Assembly (NCBI GenBank): GCA_001662655.1
Contig: KV460266.1
DNA: 52,788 bases
From: Pseudogymnoascus verrucosus
Lineage: Eukaryota
Direction: 5' to 3' (one strand)
The notes under the pieces were generated by a model, which ran no database searches, had not been told where the DNA came from, and worked only from the letters and a program-made list of their open reading frames with translations. The first letter of the stretch is position 1. Every line of letters starts with the position of its first letter. The position numbers and the translations under genes were made by a program. Positions 23,016-33,831 of the stretch are shown here, one piece after another.

Positions 23016-26000
23016 TCAACAATAATACCCCGACCCCTCCAACCTCCCCAACAACCCCCCAACCACATCCCCCCTCCCCACCTCCTCGAGATCAAACAAT
23101 CCCCCTCTCCCTCCATATCCACCCCCTTTCCCTCTCCCTCCCCCCTCAGCCCCTAGGACACCTCCTTTCTTCTCCTCCATCCCGCGGCAGATGGTTATGA
23201 ACACTTTGACTTTACTCTTGAAAGTCTTATACAACTCCTCCACCCCCTTTTCCCCATCCCCTTCCCCATTTTCAGTTGTACGGCTCGCAGCGCTCGCACT
23301 AGCAGCCCACCCCCCAAACCCAAGCACACACCCAAGAACCTCCTCCAACACGCCTCGCACCACGGATTGTCTGCCTCGAAGGAGGAGAACACCCATCATT
23401 CGCTCTAGCACTCTCTCATGATACCTCCTCAACCCCTCCACCCCCTCCCCAGCCGCCAACCCCACACCCCCAGGCTGTAAACGGTCTTCAACCTCCCTCA
23501 TCTTCCCTTCCATCACCCCCCACGCCGCCGTAACACCAGACTCAAAATGCGAGCAAATCGCATTAACAAAATGCTGCGCCTCATTCCTAAACCTCGCCGC
23601 CGTTCTCCCCTCTCCTCTCCCCACCCCCCCTCTACCCCTCCTACTACTATCCCAAGTCTTAGAAGCGCGAAACAGTTCACCCATCACAAACTGCACCCTC
23701 AAACACCTCAACAACGCGCAAAAAGCACGGTCATACATATGCAAACTCTCCGGCGTGATCACCGCATCCAGCGGCGCGGGTGGGTGGTAGACTAACCGCA
23801 GGAAGTCGAGCGCGGAGAGGGAGGAGGGATCGAGACAGGCGGAGATCTCGGGGGGTGTCATGTGCCGGACCCCGAAGGAGAGGTCGCCTGGGAGCAGGGT
23901 GGGTGCGGTGTAGGCTCTCACCCTTCCACCTATCTCAAATGCCGGCGGGGAGGAGGAGGATGATGTAGATGGTCGTGAGGGAGCGCGGGGAGTGGTGGCG
24001 GCGTAACTCTCACTCAACACCCCAGATAGGACGAGTCGTAACTCCGAACCCCCAGGCGGCCAACTTCCTTCCCCCCCTAGCCCCCCAGACCCCTTCTGAC
24101 GACCGCGACCACCAAGACGTAACCCCATAACCCCCTCCCTCACCACCCCGCGCTGCCGTTCCGCAGTCCCTAAATCGGGATCGAACAGCGCGTGCGCGAG
24201 ACGGGATGCGAAAACCCCGGAGCCGAGGAGGGAGAAAGACCTGTGGAGACTGAGGTGCGTGGAGAGGTTGGAGGCGAGGAGGAGGGTGAGGGTTGCGTGG
24301 GAGAGGTGTGTGGAGAGGGGGGTTAGGAGGGGGGTGAGGGAGAGGTGGGGGGTTAGGGGGAGGGGGAGGGGGAGGGAGGTGGGGTTGTGGGTGAGGTGAG
24401 AGGTGGAGGGGGTGGGGGAGGCGGTGAGGTGGTTTGTGAGGAGGGTGGTGAGGGTTGAAGATGGGGTGAGGGGTGCGGTGGTGAGGGTGGTGATGGAGGC
24501 GAGGAGGTGGGCTTCCATTTCTGAGGGGGGTTTGCCGAAGAGATTGAGTTCTTCCTTTTTCTCGGCTGGTGGTGCGAGGCGTAGCGCTGGGGGTGTGTGG
24601 CCGGATGTAGAGTATTTCTCTATCGCAGCTGTGAGGTCCTTCTCGTACTGCCTAGCCCTCTCCCCAATCGCCTCGATATTCTGCCATGAGAATTCCCACT
24701 CCAACACAGGCTTCGCAGCGGCGGCGGTGACGATATCACCCCTCGCCAACGGATGCTCAGGCTGATGCTCCCTCAGCAACCTCAGACTCTGTCCCGCCTC
24801 GAATAAGATCTGCATATCCTCCTCCGGCATAAATGACGGGACCCTCGCCTCATCAAGCACGAAATCAGGAGTCCGGATTTCCATCCCATGCTCATCGATC
24901 CAGAGTCTATCCTCCGCCTTAACAAAACTCTTCCCCACGCTACCCTTGACTAGAGGCATCCCCGTTTCGCGCTGGATACCGAGCCATTCCCCCGCGAAAT
25001 CCAGAAAGGGGCGGGAGACGCGTGAAAGCACTTCGAGGAGGATAGTCTGTGTCGAGTCCGTCCTATGCTCGGTCTGCTCGATGTATTGGAAGAGGTTCGA
25101 GAGCATAACCTCGTCATTCTCGGCGGACCCGGCGAAGAGGATGAGCTCGTGGAAGATGGTGAGGAGGTGCGAGACAGGCTGGAAGAGGGATTGCAGTTTG
25201 AGGATGCTTTGGAGGGAGGAGGCGGGGATGTTGAGGTGTGATTGCAGGGTTGAGAGGACTGTGGATATGGCGTCGGCTAGGGCGATGCGGCCGGGTGAGC
25301 GGTGTTTGTGGTAGGTTTTGTTGGTGAATGAGCGCAGGGCTTTGGTGGTGTTGCCGCAGTGGAGGAAGAGCGCTGTGATATCGTGGGTGAGCTCGGTGGT
25401 GCAACCGGATGTACGGACGGATTTGAGTGTGCATTCAAAGTCTTTTGTTTCTTCGTTCCAGGTGAATAGCACCGAGTCCCTGCCTAGGCCTAACGCTAGA
25501 AGTGATGATGCATATGTTGACCCGCTGACAACAACTGCATCTTGGTTGTCGATTTGGAGGGGGTTTGTGTCGTCGGCAACTGCGGCGTCGAATAGTTGCG
25601 GCCCTCCTTCTGAGACGTAACAGGTTTGTGGCGCCTCCTCCCTCTGCTCATCGAATGCATCCCATGTGAGATAATTTGCGCTTTTCAGCTCTTCCTCGGG
25701 CGCAAACGACCATATATCAACATATCCGTCGCCTTCGTCATTGTTTATTTCCTCGCCCCTTTCGCTCAGAGGCGGCGGCGTGCTGGTAGAGATGATTGAA
25801 GCTTCTGGGTTTTCGAATGGGAAATCTGGTAAGGCAAAGAAGCCGCCATTGCCTCCATGGCTGAGCGTCTGTTCCGGTAGTTTCTCACTGATATCTACAC
25901 ATCATTATTAGCACGGGCAACGAATTCCGTTTGAGCGCTATTACCGTCAAATTTAAGTTGCGAGAACAAGAAACCGTACGAATCTTCGGGCTCTGGAAAG

Positions 26001-26065
26001 TATCTCGACGATGCCCATAGATCTGGAATCGCAAATGCGTTCCCCGGATCTTCGCCATCCTCCAT
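23016..26065 (-). CDS. Gamma-tubulin ring complex component, Spc97/Spc98 family, most like GCP6
   Basis: ATG 26065 (MEDGEDPGNAFAIPDLW). Intron 25895-25944 puts exon 2 in frame with the 818-aa ORF. GCP-type blocks 'VSRPFLDFAGEWLG', 'VPSFMP', 'LLGSGVFASRLAHALF' and 'LDFLRLVYHPPAPLDAVIT..YDRAFCALLR'. Confidence 0.85.
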
Positions 26066-26107
26066 TTTGTGTTTATGTTGACTCAATGCTTCACTTTCAT
26101 TCGGTGG

Positions 26108-26123
26108 ACGCGTCTGGTCGCGA
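26108..26123. promoter_or_regulatory. Putative MCB (MluI cell-cycle box) ACGCGT with adjacent TCGCGA in the GCP6/EAF7 divergent promoter
   Basis: ACGCGTctggTCGCGA lies about 45 bp upstream of the GCP6 ATG. MBF-type regulation of spindle-pole genes is known in yeasts. Confidence 0.35.
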
Positions 26124-26340
26124 CAACTGATGCAGCTGCGGTTGTTCCCGGCGCTAGTGTCGGCCTTGCATTGAAGCCCAAGGCTGAAGGCGCAACCGTC
26201 AGAAAATCCAAACAGATTTCCATCAGACCCTCAATTAAGAACGTCAATTCCTGAAGCACAAACAAATCAATCCAAAGTTTTGTGCTCTATATATTCATCC
26301 TACAACTAGCGGCACTGTTCAATTCGGGCTGAACCTCGAA

Positions 26341-27292
26341 ATGCCACCGCGAAAGAAGACTAGGGGTGGTGGGCGCATCGCGTCAACTCCTGGCCATGAT
26401 GAGGGCGATTCCATGGTTGTCGACACACCAGAAGAGCAGGAATCGCCTGATAAGCCAGCATATGATCCATTACAAGACCCGTGGACGGATGAGCAAGAGA
26501 CGTCTCTGTATAAAGGCATAATCAGGTGGAAGCCAGCAGGTAAGACCCCTACGTCTTTCACGTGGGAAACAGACAGCTAATCGGTCTCAAGGGATGCACA
26601 AGCACTTTCGCATGATCGCACTATCAGAATACCTCCGAAATCACGGATACAAGGCGGACGTGCACACTAGGATACCTGGAATATGGGAGAAATTGGGCCG
26701 ATTATACAACCTGGATCTCATCGATGAGCGCGAAAACACACTAGACTTCGCCGAGGACGAAACGGGAGAGGACAAATTCCTGGAATTCTCCCTACCAGAA
26801 GATGAATTCGGCGAGATGATGTGGATTCGCGGCCAAGTGTCCAGCGAGGCGCTCTCCTCACCTCCCCAGATAAATGCGCCGCCAGATCTCCCGCCGCCCA
26901 AGAAGCGCAGGCGCGGCGAAGCGGCTTCGAACAGAGCCAGCACCGTCGAGGATACTGATGACGCGCAAACATCTCCGCCGCCGCCCTCCTCGGCGACTCG
27001 GCCTGGTCGTGGCCGAGGCGGACGACGTGGTCGCGGGCGAGGGGTTGGAAGGGGCAGGGAGTCGAGTGAGAGGCAGGCGAGCAAGGAGACAACAGCTGAG
27101 CCTACGGATCAGGAGGAGGTTGAAGAGACGGGGGATGATGGGGATGAAGATGAGGCGGAAACAGCGGAAGAGACCGCTGAGGACGGGAGTCCTTCTCCGC
27201 AACCTGCCAGCACGAGAGGTCGGGGAAAGGGAAGCAGGGGAGGCGGCAGAGGACAAGGCAAGAGCCGGCGTGGAAGGAAGCGGGGTAAGTAA
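26341..27292 (+). CDS. EAF7: Chromatin modification-related protein Eaf7 (NuA4 subunit, CT20 family)
   Basis: Intron 26540-26591 joins 'WTDEQETSLYKGIIRWKPAG' to 'MHKHFRMIAL..HTRIPGIWEKLGRLYNLDLIDERE..EFSLP'. Acidic and RG-rich tail. Confidence 0.9.
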
Positions 27293-27817
27293 CCTGGGTG
27301 GTACTTGTTTATACGCTGTATAGCTACTCCAAATGTTGATACGATTCATGAGGTTGAGAATTTGAAGCTGTATATGTTGTCTTCGCTATATCGCGATTGA
27401 AGGCGCCGGAATAACCAAAGCTCCGAGACGGCTGGACCCGGCGGTTATCATGTGGATGTATCTTTCCTTACACCCGGCTGTGTTGATGATTAAAATTCAC
27501 AGTATGATTGCCTCAAGGATGGTCGATTTGGAGATTCCGAAGCTGCCGTACTATAATTGTACCATAATGTAAATAATCATATGTACCCAGTGGCAAATTG
27601 TGGAGTTGTTGTATATGCGGTCGACATGCATCTGACGCGTGTGACTGGAAAGGCGGCGGGTTGGAAAAGCCGAGGCTCAATCCCCAACCCACTCCGAAGC
27701 CGAAGACATCCAACTAGTAAATGACGCTCGGTACACACCTCCCAAATTTATTTACGTGTGATATCTCATTTCAGAACTCTCTCCCCTTTCTCCCCGTTTA
27801 TATCTAAGTCGTGAGGC

Positions 27818-29914
27818 ATGTTGAACGTGTTTGCAAAGAGCCGTGTGTCGTCATCAGCGCTGAGAAGTGGTTTACAGTCTATGCGAACGTCGAGAGTAAG
27901 TCCGGAACACAGAGCTTCCAACGGGCTCGAGAATCCCCGCAGAAGCTGACATTTTTCACAGATTATTACTCCAGCCATGACACGAAACAACAGCTCTCTG
28001 CCAGCTGGTATGTTCTTCTCGCCGCTCGAGGCGTTGCCCGCCCGCATTGAGCACATGCTAACCCCCAGACAGGCTACAAAGAGGATAACTCGAAGGGTCC
28101 TATGCTCCGATATGAGGAGTCCCTTCCCAAGCTCCCAGTGCCAACTCTTGAGGAGACGGCGGCGCGCTATGTCAAGTCCGTCCACCCGCTCGTCTCGGCG
28201 ACCGAGTTCGAGCACACAAAGAAGGTCGTTGCCGATTTCATCCAGCCAGGCGGTATCGGCGAGAAGCTCCAGAAGAAGCTGATCGCCCGCCGCGATGACC
28301 CCAAGACGGCCAACTGGATCTACGAGTGGTGGAACGATGCTGCATACCTCTCATACCGTGACCCCGTCGTGCCATACGTCAGCTACTTCTACTCACATCG
28401 CGATGACCGCAGGCGGCGCGACCCCTCCAAGCGCGCTGCTGCTATCACCACCTCCGCTCTGGAGTTTAAGAAGCAAGTGGACTTGGGCACTCTCGAGCCA
28501 GAGTACATGAAGAAGCTCCCAATTGCCATGGACAGCTACAAGTGGATGTTCAACTGCAGCCGTGTCGCAGCTAAGCCGGCTGATTACCCCATCAAGTTCA
28601 ACCACGAGGAGCACAAGTACATTGCTGTGGTTCGCAAGAACCAGTTCTACAAGGTCTTCACTGAGGTCGACGGCCAGCAGCTCAACACTGCTGAGCTCGA
28701 GGCTCAGTTCCGCCGCATCTACGAGATCGCCGAGACCGTCCCAGCTGTTGGCGCTCTCACCTCCGAGAACCGTGACGTCTGGACCGACGCCCGCGAGATC
28801 CTCCTCAAGGCCCACCCAGCCAACGCAAAGGCTCTCGAGGCCATTGAGGCCGCCTCTTTCGTCGTCTGCCTTGATGACGCCGCCCCGGTCACCCTCGAGG
28901 AGCGCGCGCACCAGTACTGGCACGGTGATGGCAAGAACCGCTGGTTCGACAAACCCATCCAGTTCATCATCAACGACAACGGAACCTCCGGATTCATGGG
29001 CGAGCACAGCATGATGGACGGCACCCCCACCCACCGCCTGAACGACTACGTCAACGACGTCATCTTCAACAACAAGCTCGACTTCTCCGCCACCAACGTG
29101 CGCTCTTCCCTCCCCGAGCCCGCCCCAGTCAAGTTCCACGTCACCAAGGAGGTCGCCTCCGAGATTCACCGCGCCGAGAAGGACTTCGCCGATGTCATCG
29201 GCCAGCACGAGCTCCGCGTCCAGGCCTACCAGGGCTACGGAAAGGGCCTGATCAAGAAGTTCAAGTGCTCCCCCGACGCATACGTGCAGATGATCATCCA
29301 GCTCGCGTACTTCAAGATGTTCGGCAAGAACCGCGGCACCTACGAGTCCGCCGCCACCCGCCGCTTCCAGCTCGGTCGCACCGAGACTACCCGTACCGTG
29401 TCTGACGACTCGGTTGCTTTCTGCAAGGCTATCAGCAACGCGGATAGCGACTCCAAGGCTACCGTTGAGCTTTTCCGCAAGGCTATCAACTCCCACTTGG
29501 AGTACATCGCTGCTGCATCCGACGGAAAGGGTGTCGATCGCCACCTGTTCGGTCTTAAGAAGCTCTTGGCGCCTGGAGAGGAGGTGCCAGCTATCTACAA
29601 GGACCCAGCGTTCTCGTACTCTAGCAAGTGGTTCATCTCCAGCTCGCAGCTGAGCTCCGAGTACTTCAACGGCTACGGATGGTCCCAGGTTGTTGACGAC
29701 GGATGGGGAATCGCCTACATGATCAACGAGAACAGGTAAGCACATTCTCGAATTCTAATTTTTGAATAATACTGACAATACATACAGCTTGCAATTCAAC
29801 GTTGTCTCGAAGGGTCTTGGCAGCGAGAGGATGAGCTTCTACCTCAACGAGGCTGCTGGTGATATCCGCGACCTGATGCTCCCAACTCTTGAGGCGCCAA
29901 AGGCCAAGTTGTAG
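27818..29914 (+). CDS. CAT2: Carnitine O-acetyltransferase, mitochondrial/peroxisomal type (Cat2/AcuJ)
   Basis: Introns 27896-27961, 28008-28072 and 29736-29787. Motifs 'LPKLPVPTLEET', 'NRWFDKP', catalytic 'GEHSMMDGTP' and 'YESAATRRFQLGRTET'. N-terminus is Arg/Ser-rich and the C-terminus ends in -AKL. Confidence 0.95.
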
Positions 29915-30453
29915 ATGTGGATTGAAGAGTGCTGGGAGCAGCAAGGTGTAGACGAGCGTAGATGGTGGTGATGTGACATATATCCTCACTGCGGTTTTTT
30001 GTATATTACGGTGGAATGGGCATGGGATGAGGGAATGGGACAAGCATTAGATAGCTTACACATAAACATCATCCATTTGACTGCATAGTATCCAATCCAT
30101 TGAATGCCTTAGTAGACACATGTATTACTCAATCAATATGCTTCACATGATCAGAACAACCCATGATTCCACAGTCAAAAAGAGGAAAGACCGGAAATAA
30201 ACTTGCTGGAGTTATATATATTCTTGTACGCAAGACAAAAAAAAGGCTATTCGCCGTATATAAAACGAGCGCATGTGCTGTGCTGTGGTATCTACTTCTA
30301 CACTCCTCCGCTGATCCCTTATTCACAAAGGCGGTGCTCCTAACCTATACCTCTCATCACAGCCAATTCTTCATTCACAAACCGTTATTAAAGCCAACAA
30401 ACCCCGTCATAACCTCCCTTTCAACCCTTTCCCATCTCATCTCGCTGGGATAA

Positions 30454-33345
30454 TTATGCCTGGTCAGCTCCGGTGATAGCATCGTACTTCCCACTGGTAA
30501 CCTTTCGTACACTCTCTATTTTCGTCCATCCATTCGCCTCTCCACTATCGGCGCCCTTCGCCGCGTCCTCGTCTGCGAATGGGTCCGGCTCCGCATTCTC
30601 TGGACCCTTCCCCTTCCCCTCTATTTCTTCCGCCACGCCGGTCTTCCAGCTGACTCCGATGCCACTGCCAACCACGGTTTCCGCAGGTACGGCAATCTCC
30701 CATTTCGCCTCTACAACACCCGGCAAAACATGTCCTCCCTGGTCACCCAACAGACGACCCAGAACCTTGTTCGTAACTCCAGGCTCGAGCAGCACGTCGC
30801 CTAAGCGCCAGAAAACCAGGCTCTTCTCCTTGACATGTGTACCCGACGGCCTCGTCTGCGCGCTGATCGCTTTTGCGCCTTCGTACGACACGATCAGCGT
30901 GAGGTTGCTCAGCGTCAGTGGTTCGGAAGAGTATGCCTCGTTGAGCGAGTAGTCGACTACGACGCCGAGTTTGTCGCCTTGGGACTTCCACATCGGCTTG
31001 ATGAGAAGCGGCACTTGCGCATAAAGGTTGTGGGGCTCCGTGTGAACCTTGTATTTGAAGGCGCAGTTGGTCCGTTTGATCTCCGAGAGCTGAACGCTGT
31101 ATTCGCCAGCCAGACTTGACTCATTTAGGAATGCCTTGTTTGGCGCGATCGCTTCAAGGCCGGCAAAATTGAAAAGCCGGATCGCAGCAGTATCTGATTA
31201 ATTATTAGTCTACCTTCGATTATAGTGTTTTGGTTTGCAATAACTTACCTGGTATTTCCTTAACAGATACCGGGTGCACATAAGACAAAGCTATTTCGCC
31301 AATAGTAGTAACGGTTTTGATCTCGCCGTTCTCAGAAAGTAAGTTCACCGTCTCGATGATGGACGAATTGAGACCTGGCCTAGTCATCTCAGGATGCTTA
31401 ATGTGCCCGCCTCCTGCAGATGTCGCGGAACGTATCGAATCAGCTGACGAGCCGAGATCACTAGCTGATGCAGCCAGATTGGCAGCTCGACCAATCCCTT
31501 GGGATGCGGCAGGAGGTGCAGAAAAGCTGGCAGCACCGGGGCTACGTTGTGCCTCAGATACAGATACTTCGGGCCCTGGGACGTACATCGAATTTCTGAC
31601 ATCTCGGCGTCCTCGCACAGTGCCGACTTTACGTGACGGCGCAGGGAGGTTGGCAGTACGGAGAGTATTTGCAACATTTGACAAGGCAGCCTGAGCATCT
31701 GCATCCTCTTCTTGAATGGCCTGCTGCGCGATGTTGAGCTTGAATGCTGGCGTCGCTTCGTTCTCACTGTTTGCTTCTCTCTGGGCTTGGGATATAGCAT
31801 CGTTGGCGGCGGGCGGAACGGTGAATCCTTCTTCATCTAGTTGGGCGGCGTTAGAGCTGGCCCCATCGACTTGCGGTGGCGGTTGAGGGATTGCAGAATC
31901 TATTAAAGATCCGTCTCCTGCTGAGCCTCCATTCGTGTCACGTGTAGTATCGTCAGGTCTACTTTCACCATCGGCGGGAACGGGTTGAACGGGTGGAGGT
32001 AATCTCGATGTTCTGGGTGATGTTGCTGGTGATTCTGCCACTGCACCCAGACTACTGTTCTGTCGCGTGTTGTCGCGTAGATTGCTAGACGAGGCTCGCG
32101 GAGACGGTGCTGGTCGACCGTCTCTGCTCCGAGGCGGTGCGCCAAGAGCAGAAAAGCCTTTGGATGGAGAGCTGGATCGTCCAAAGGATCCCGCGTGAAT
32201 GCTCTGCCTTCTTCGGTTCATTATTGTGCCAAATCGCTTTAGCGTACTCTCTTTCTTGTGTTCTATGACGAGACGTTAGGTATAACACTCGACTCACGAG
32301 TTGATTGACTTACCAGACGACGCGTCATTTCTAGCAGAGTGCAAGCTTGAGCTGTCTTCAGTGGGCATTCTCGGCGGCGGAAGTGCTAGGTTGGCACTGC
32401 TAGCACTGACAGTGGAGCCGGTGCGAGCAGCAGTCGCCCTCCGCTCGAGCTTGGGCTTCCCCTGTGTAGCATTGGTAGCGAAATTATGGATCTCCACGGC
32501 AGTGTCTACCTCTAATAGCGAGGTAAGAGCTGCCTCTGTCGATACTCTGTTCCTTTCAACCTGGTCCATCTCGTGGGTTTCGAACTGGGTGAGCACGTCC
32601 CGGAGGTGGTTGAGTCGAGTCTCATCGATCGCCTGGAGCTTCTCGAATATAAACGGGGCCTGCGATTCCCATTCTGACGTTACGGAGTTTAGCTTCTGTG
32701 TTGCCTGCTGGGTCTTTGCCTGGTTGGCCTTCGAGCCCTTCTTTGCCAATTTATCCACAGTATCTTGAGCTGATTCATATTCCTTCGCCATCTGTGCCAG
32801 ATGCCCTTGTATAGTGAGAACAGATCCCATCTCTTTGTTTTTCGTGGGGAATTGTCGCAGCGCCTGCTCCACATCCTTCTCTATTCCTTTCGCAAGAATT
32901 GCATGTGAGGTCGCAGTCTCGTCGACCCAGGCCACTATCTGTGACCATGGGGCATTGAATATCCTACAAATCATGTCAACTACAGCTCGTCGATCGGCAA
33001 TTAGAGGGTTTCGCACCCTAACTCGGACGCGGTATCTGGCAGCGGTCGCCTTGCAAGCTTCTTAAGGCCTTGTACATATAAATCCTCGACCTTCCGTCGC
33101 TCCTGAGAGGGCGTTAGTGAGGTCATTGCAGTGACGTTTCTCGACAAAGAAACATACCTGGAGCCAGTCCGCTATCTCCGCATTGAGCTTTCCCACGCGC
33201 TTTACGCGCTCACTGAAGATATGAACTGCCTGTGAGGGTGGCAGCGACACCTGTAGAATGTCAATTACGTCCCGCGCAAGCCGGTGCTAAAGGACAACAC
33301 TCTTACCAGCATTCCAGGGTACTCCTGTCGCACGAGACCCTCCAT
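30454..33345 (-). CDS. SYP1: Muniscin Syp1/FCHo-like endocytic adaptor (F-BAR, linker, mu-homology domain)
   Basis: Multi-exon gene starting MEGLVRQEYPGML. F-BAR-like 'IADWLQ', 'WESQAPFIFEKLQAIDETRLNHLRDVLTQF'. Mu-homology-like 'GLNSSIIETV..GEIAL' and 'PLLIKPMWK..WRLGD..SGKY'. Last intron 31194-31248. Confidence 0.88.
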
Positions 33346-33831
33346 TGTGAGGTCTTTGGATCAGTTTGCGATCTGAAGGTGTCTGGTAGCGTCCATAAGA
33401 CAGTATCGGCTGTCAGCAGTAAGAATAACAGGTGTGGTTGTGAGAGTCGGGTGCGTAGTCAATGATGCTCATAATGTGTACTGGCCGTTTGTGTTGACAT
33501 GGAAGCTCGTCCTTAATCGACTGACCATCGCTCTTGGCGTGCGGCCGCATTAATCCCGGTTATTGTGGGTGGCAAATACCCCACGAACTGAGACCCCCGT
33601 CGTGTCGCTTCGGAAAAATGTCAGGTAGAGACGATGAACGTCAACTCAAATTCTCATCTGATCGTCATCAGATGAACACTGAAATAATAAATAAGAGCAA
33701 CTAGAGCTCTTAATATTTTTTAATATTCCACTGTTGACAAAGAGATCAGGCGCTCATAGAGTACAGTGTTCCAAAGGAAACCTCTTGTATTCCCTCCCAT
33801 ATCAAGCGCCAGCGGGGTATCATATTTCGCT

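Noticed and set aside
28393..29745. 450-aa antisense ORF over the carnitine acetyltransferase
   Set aside because: Expected shadow of strong C-ending codon bias in a highly expressed gene; no recognisable domain.
33629..33674. Possible box C/D snoRNA (GACGATGA...CTGATCGTC) with adjacent CATCTGAT/ATCAGATG hairpin
   Set aside because: Only about 37 nt between terminal stems and an imperfect C box, too short for a snoRNA.
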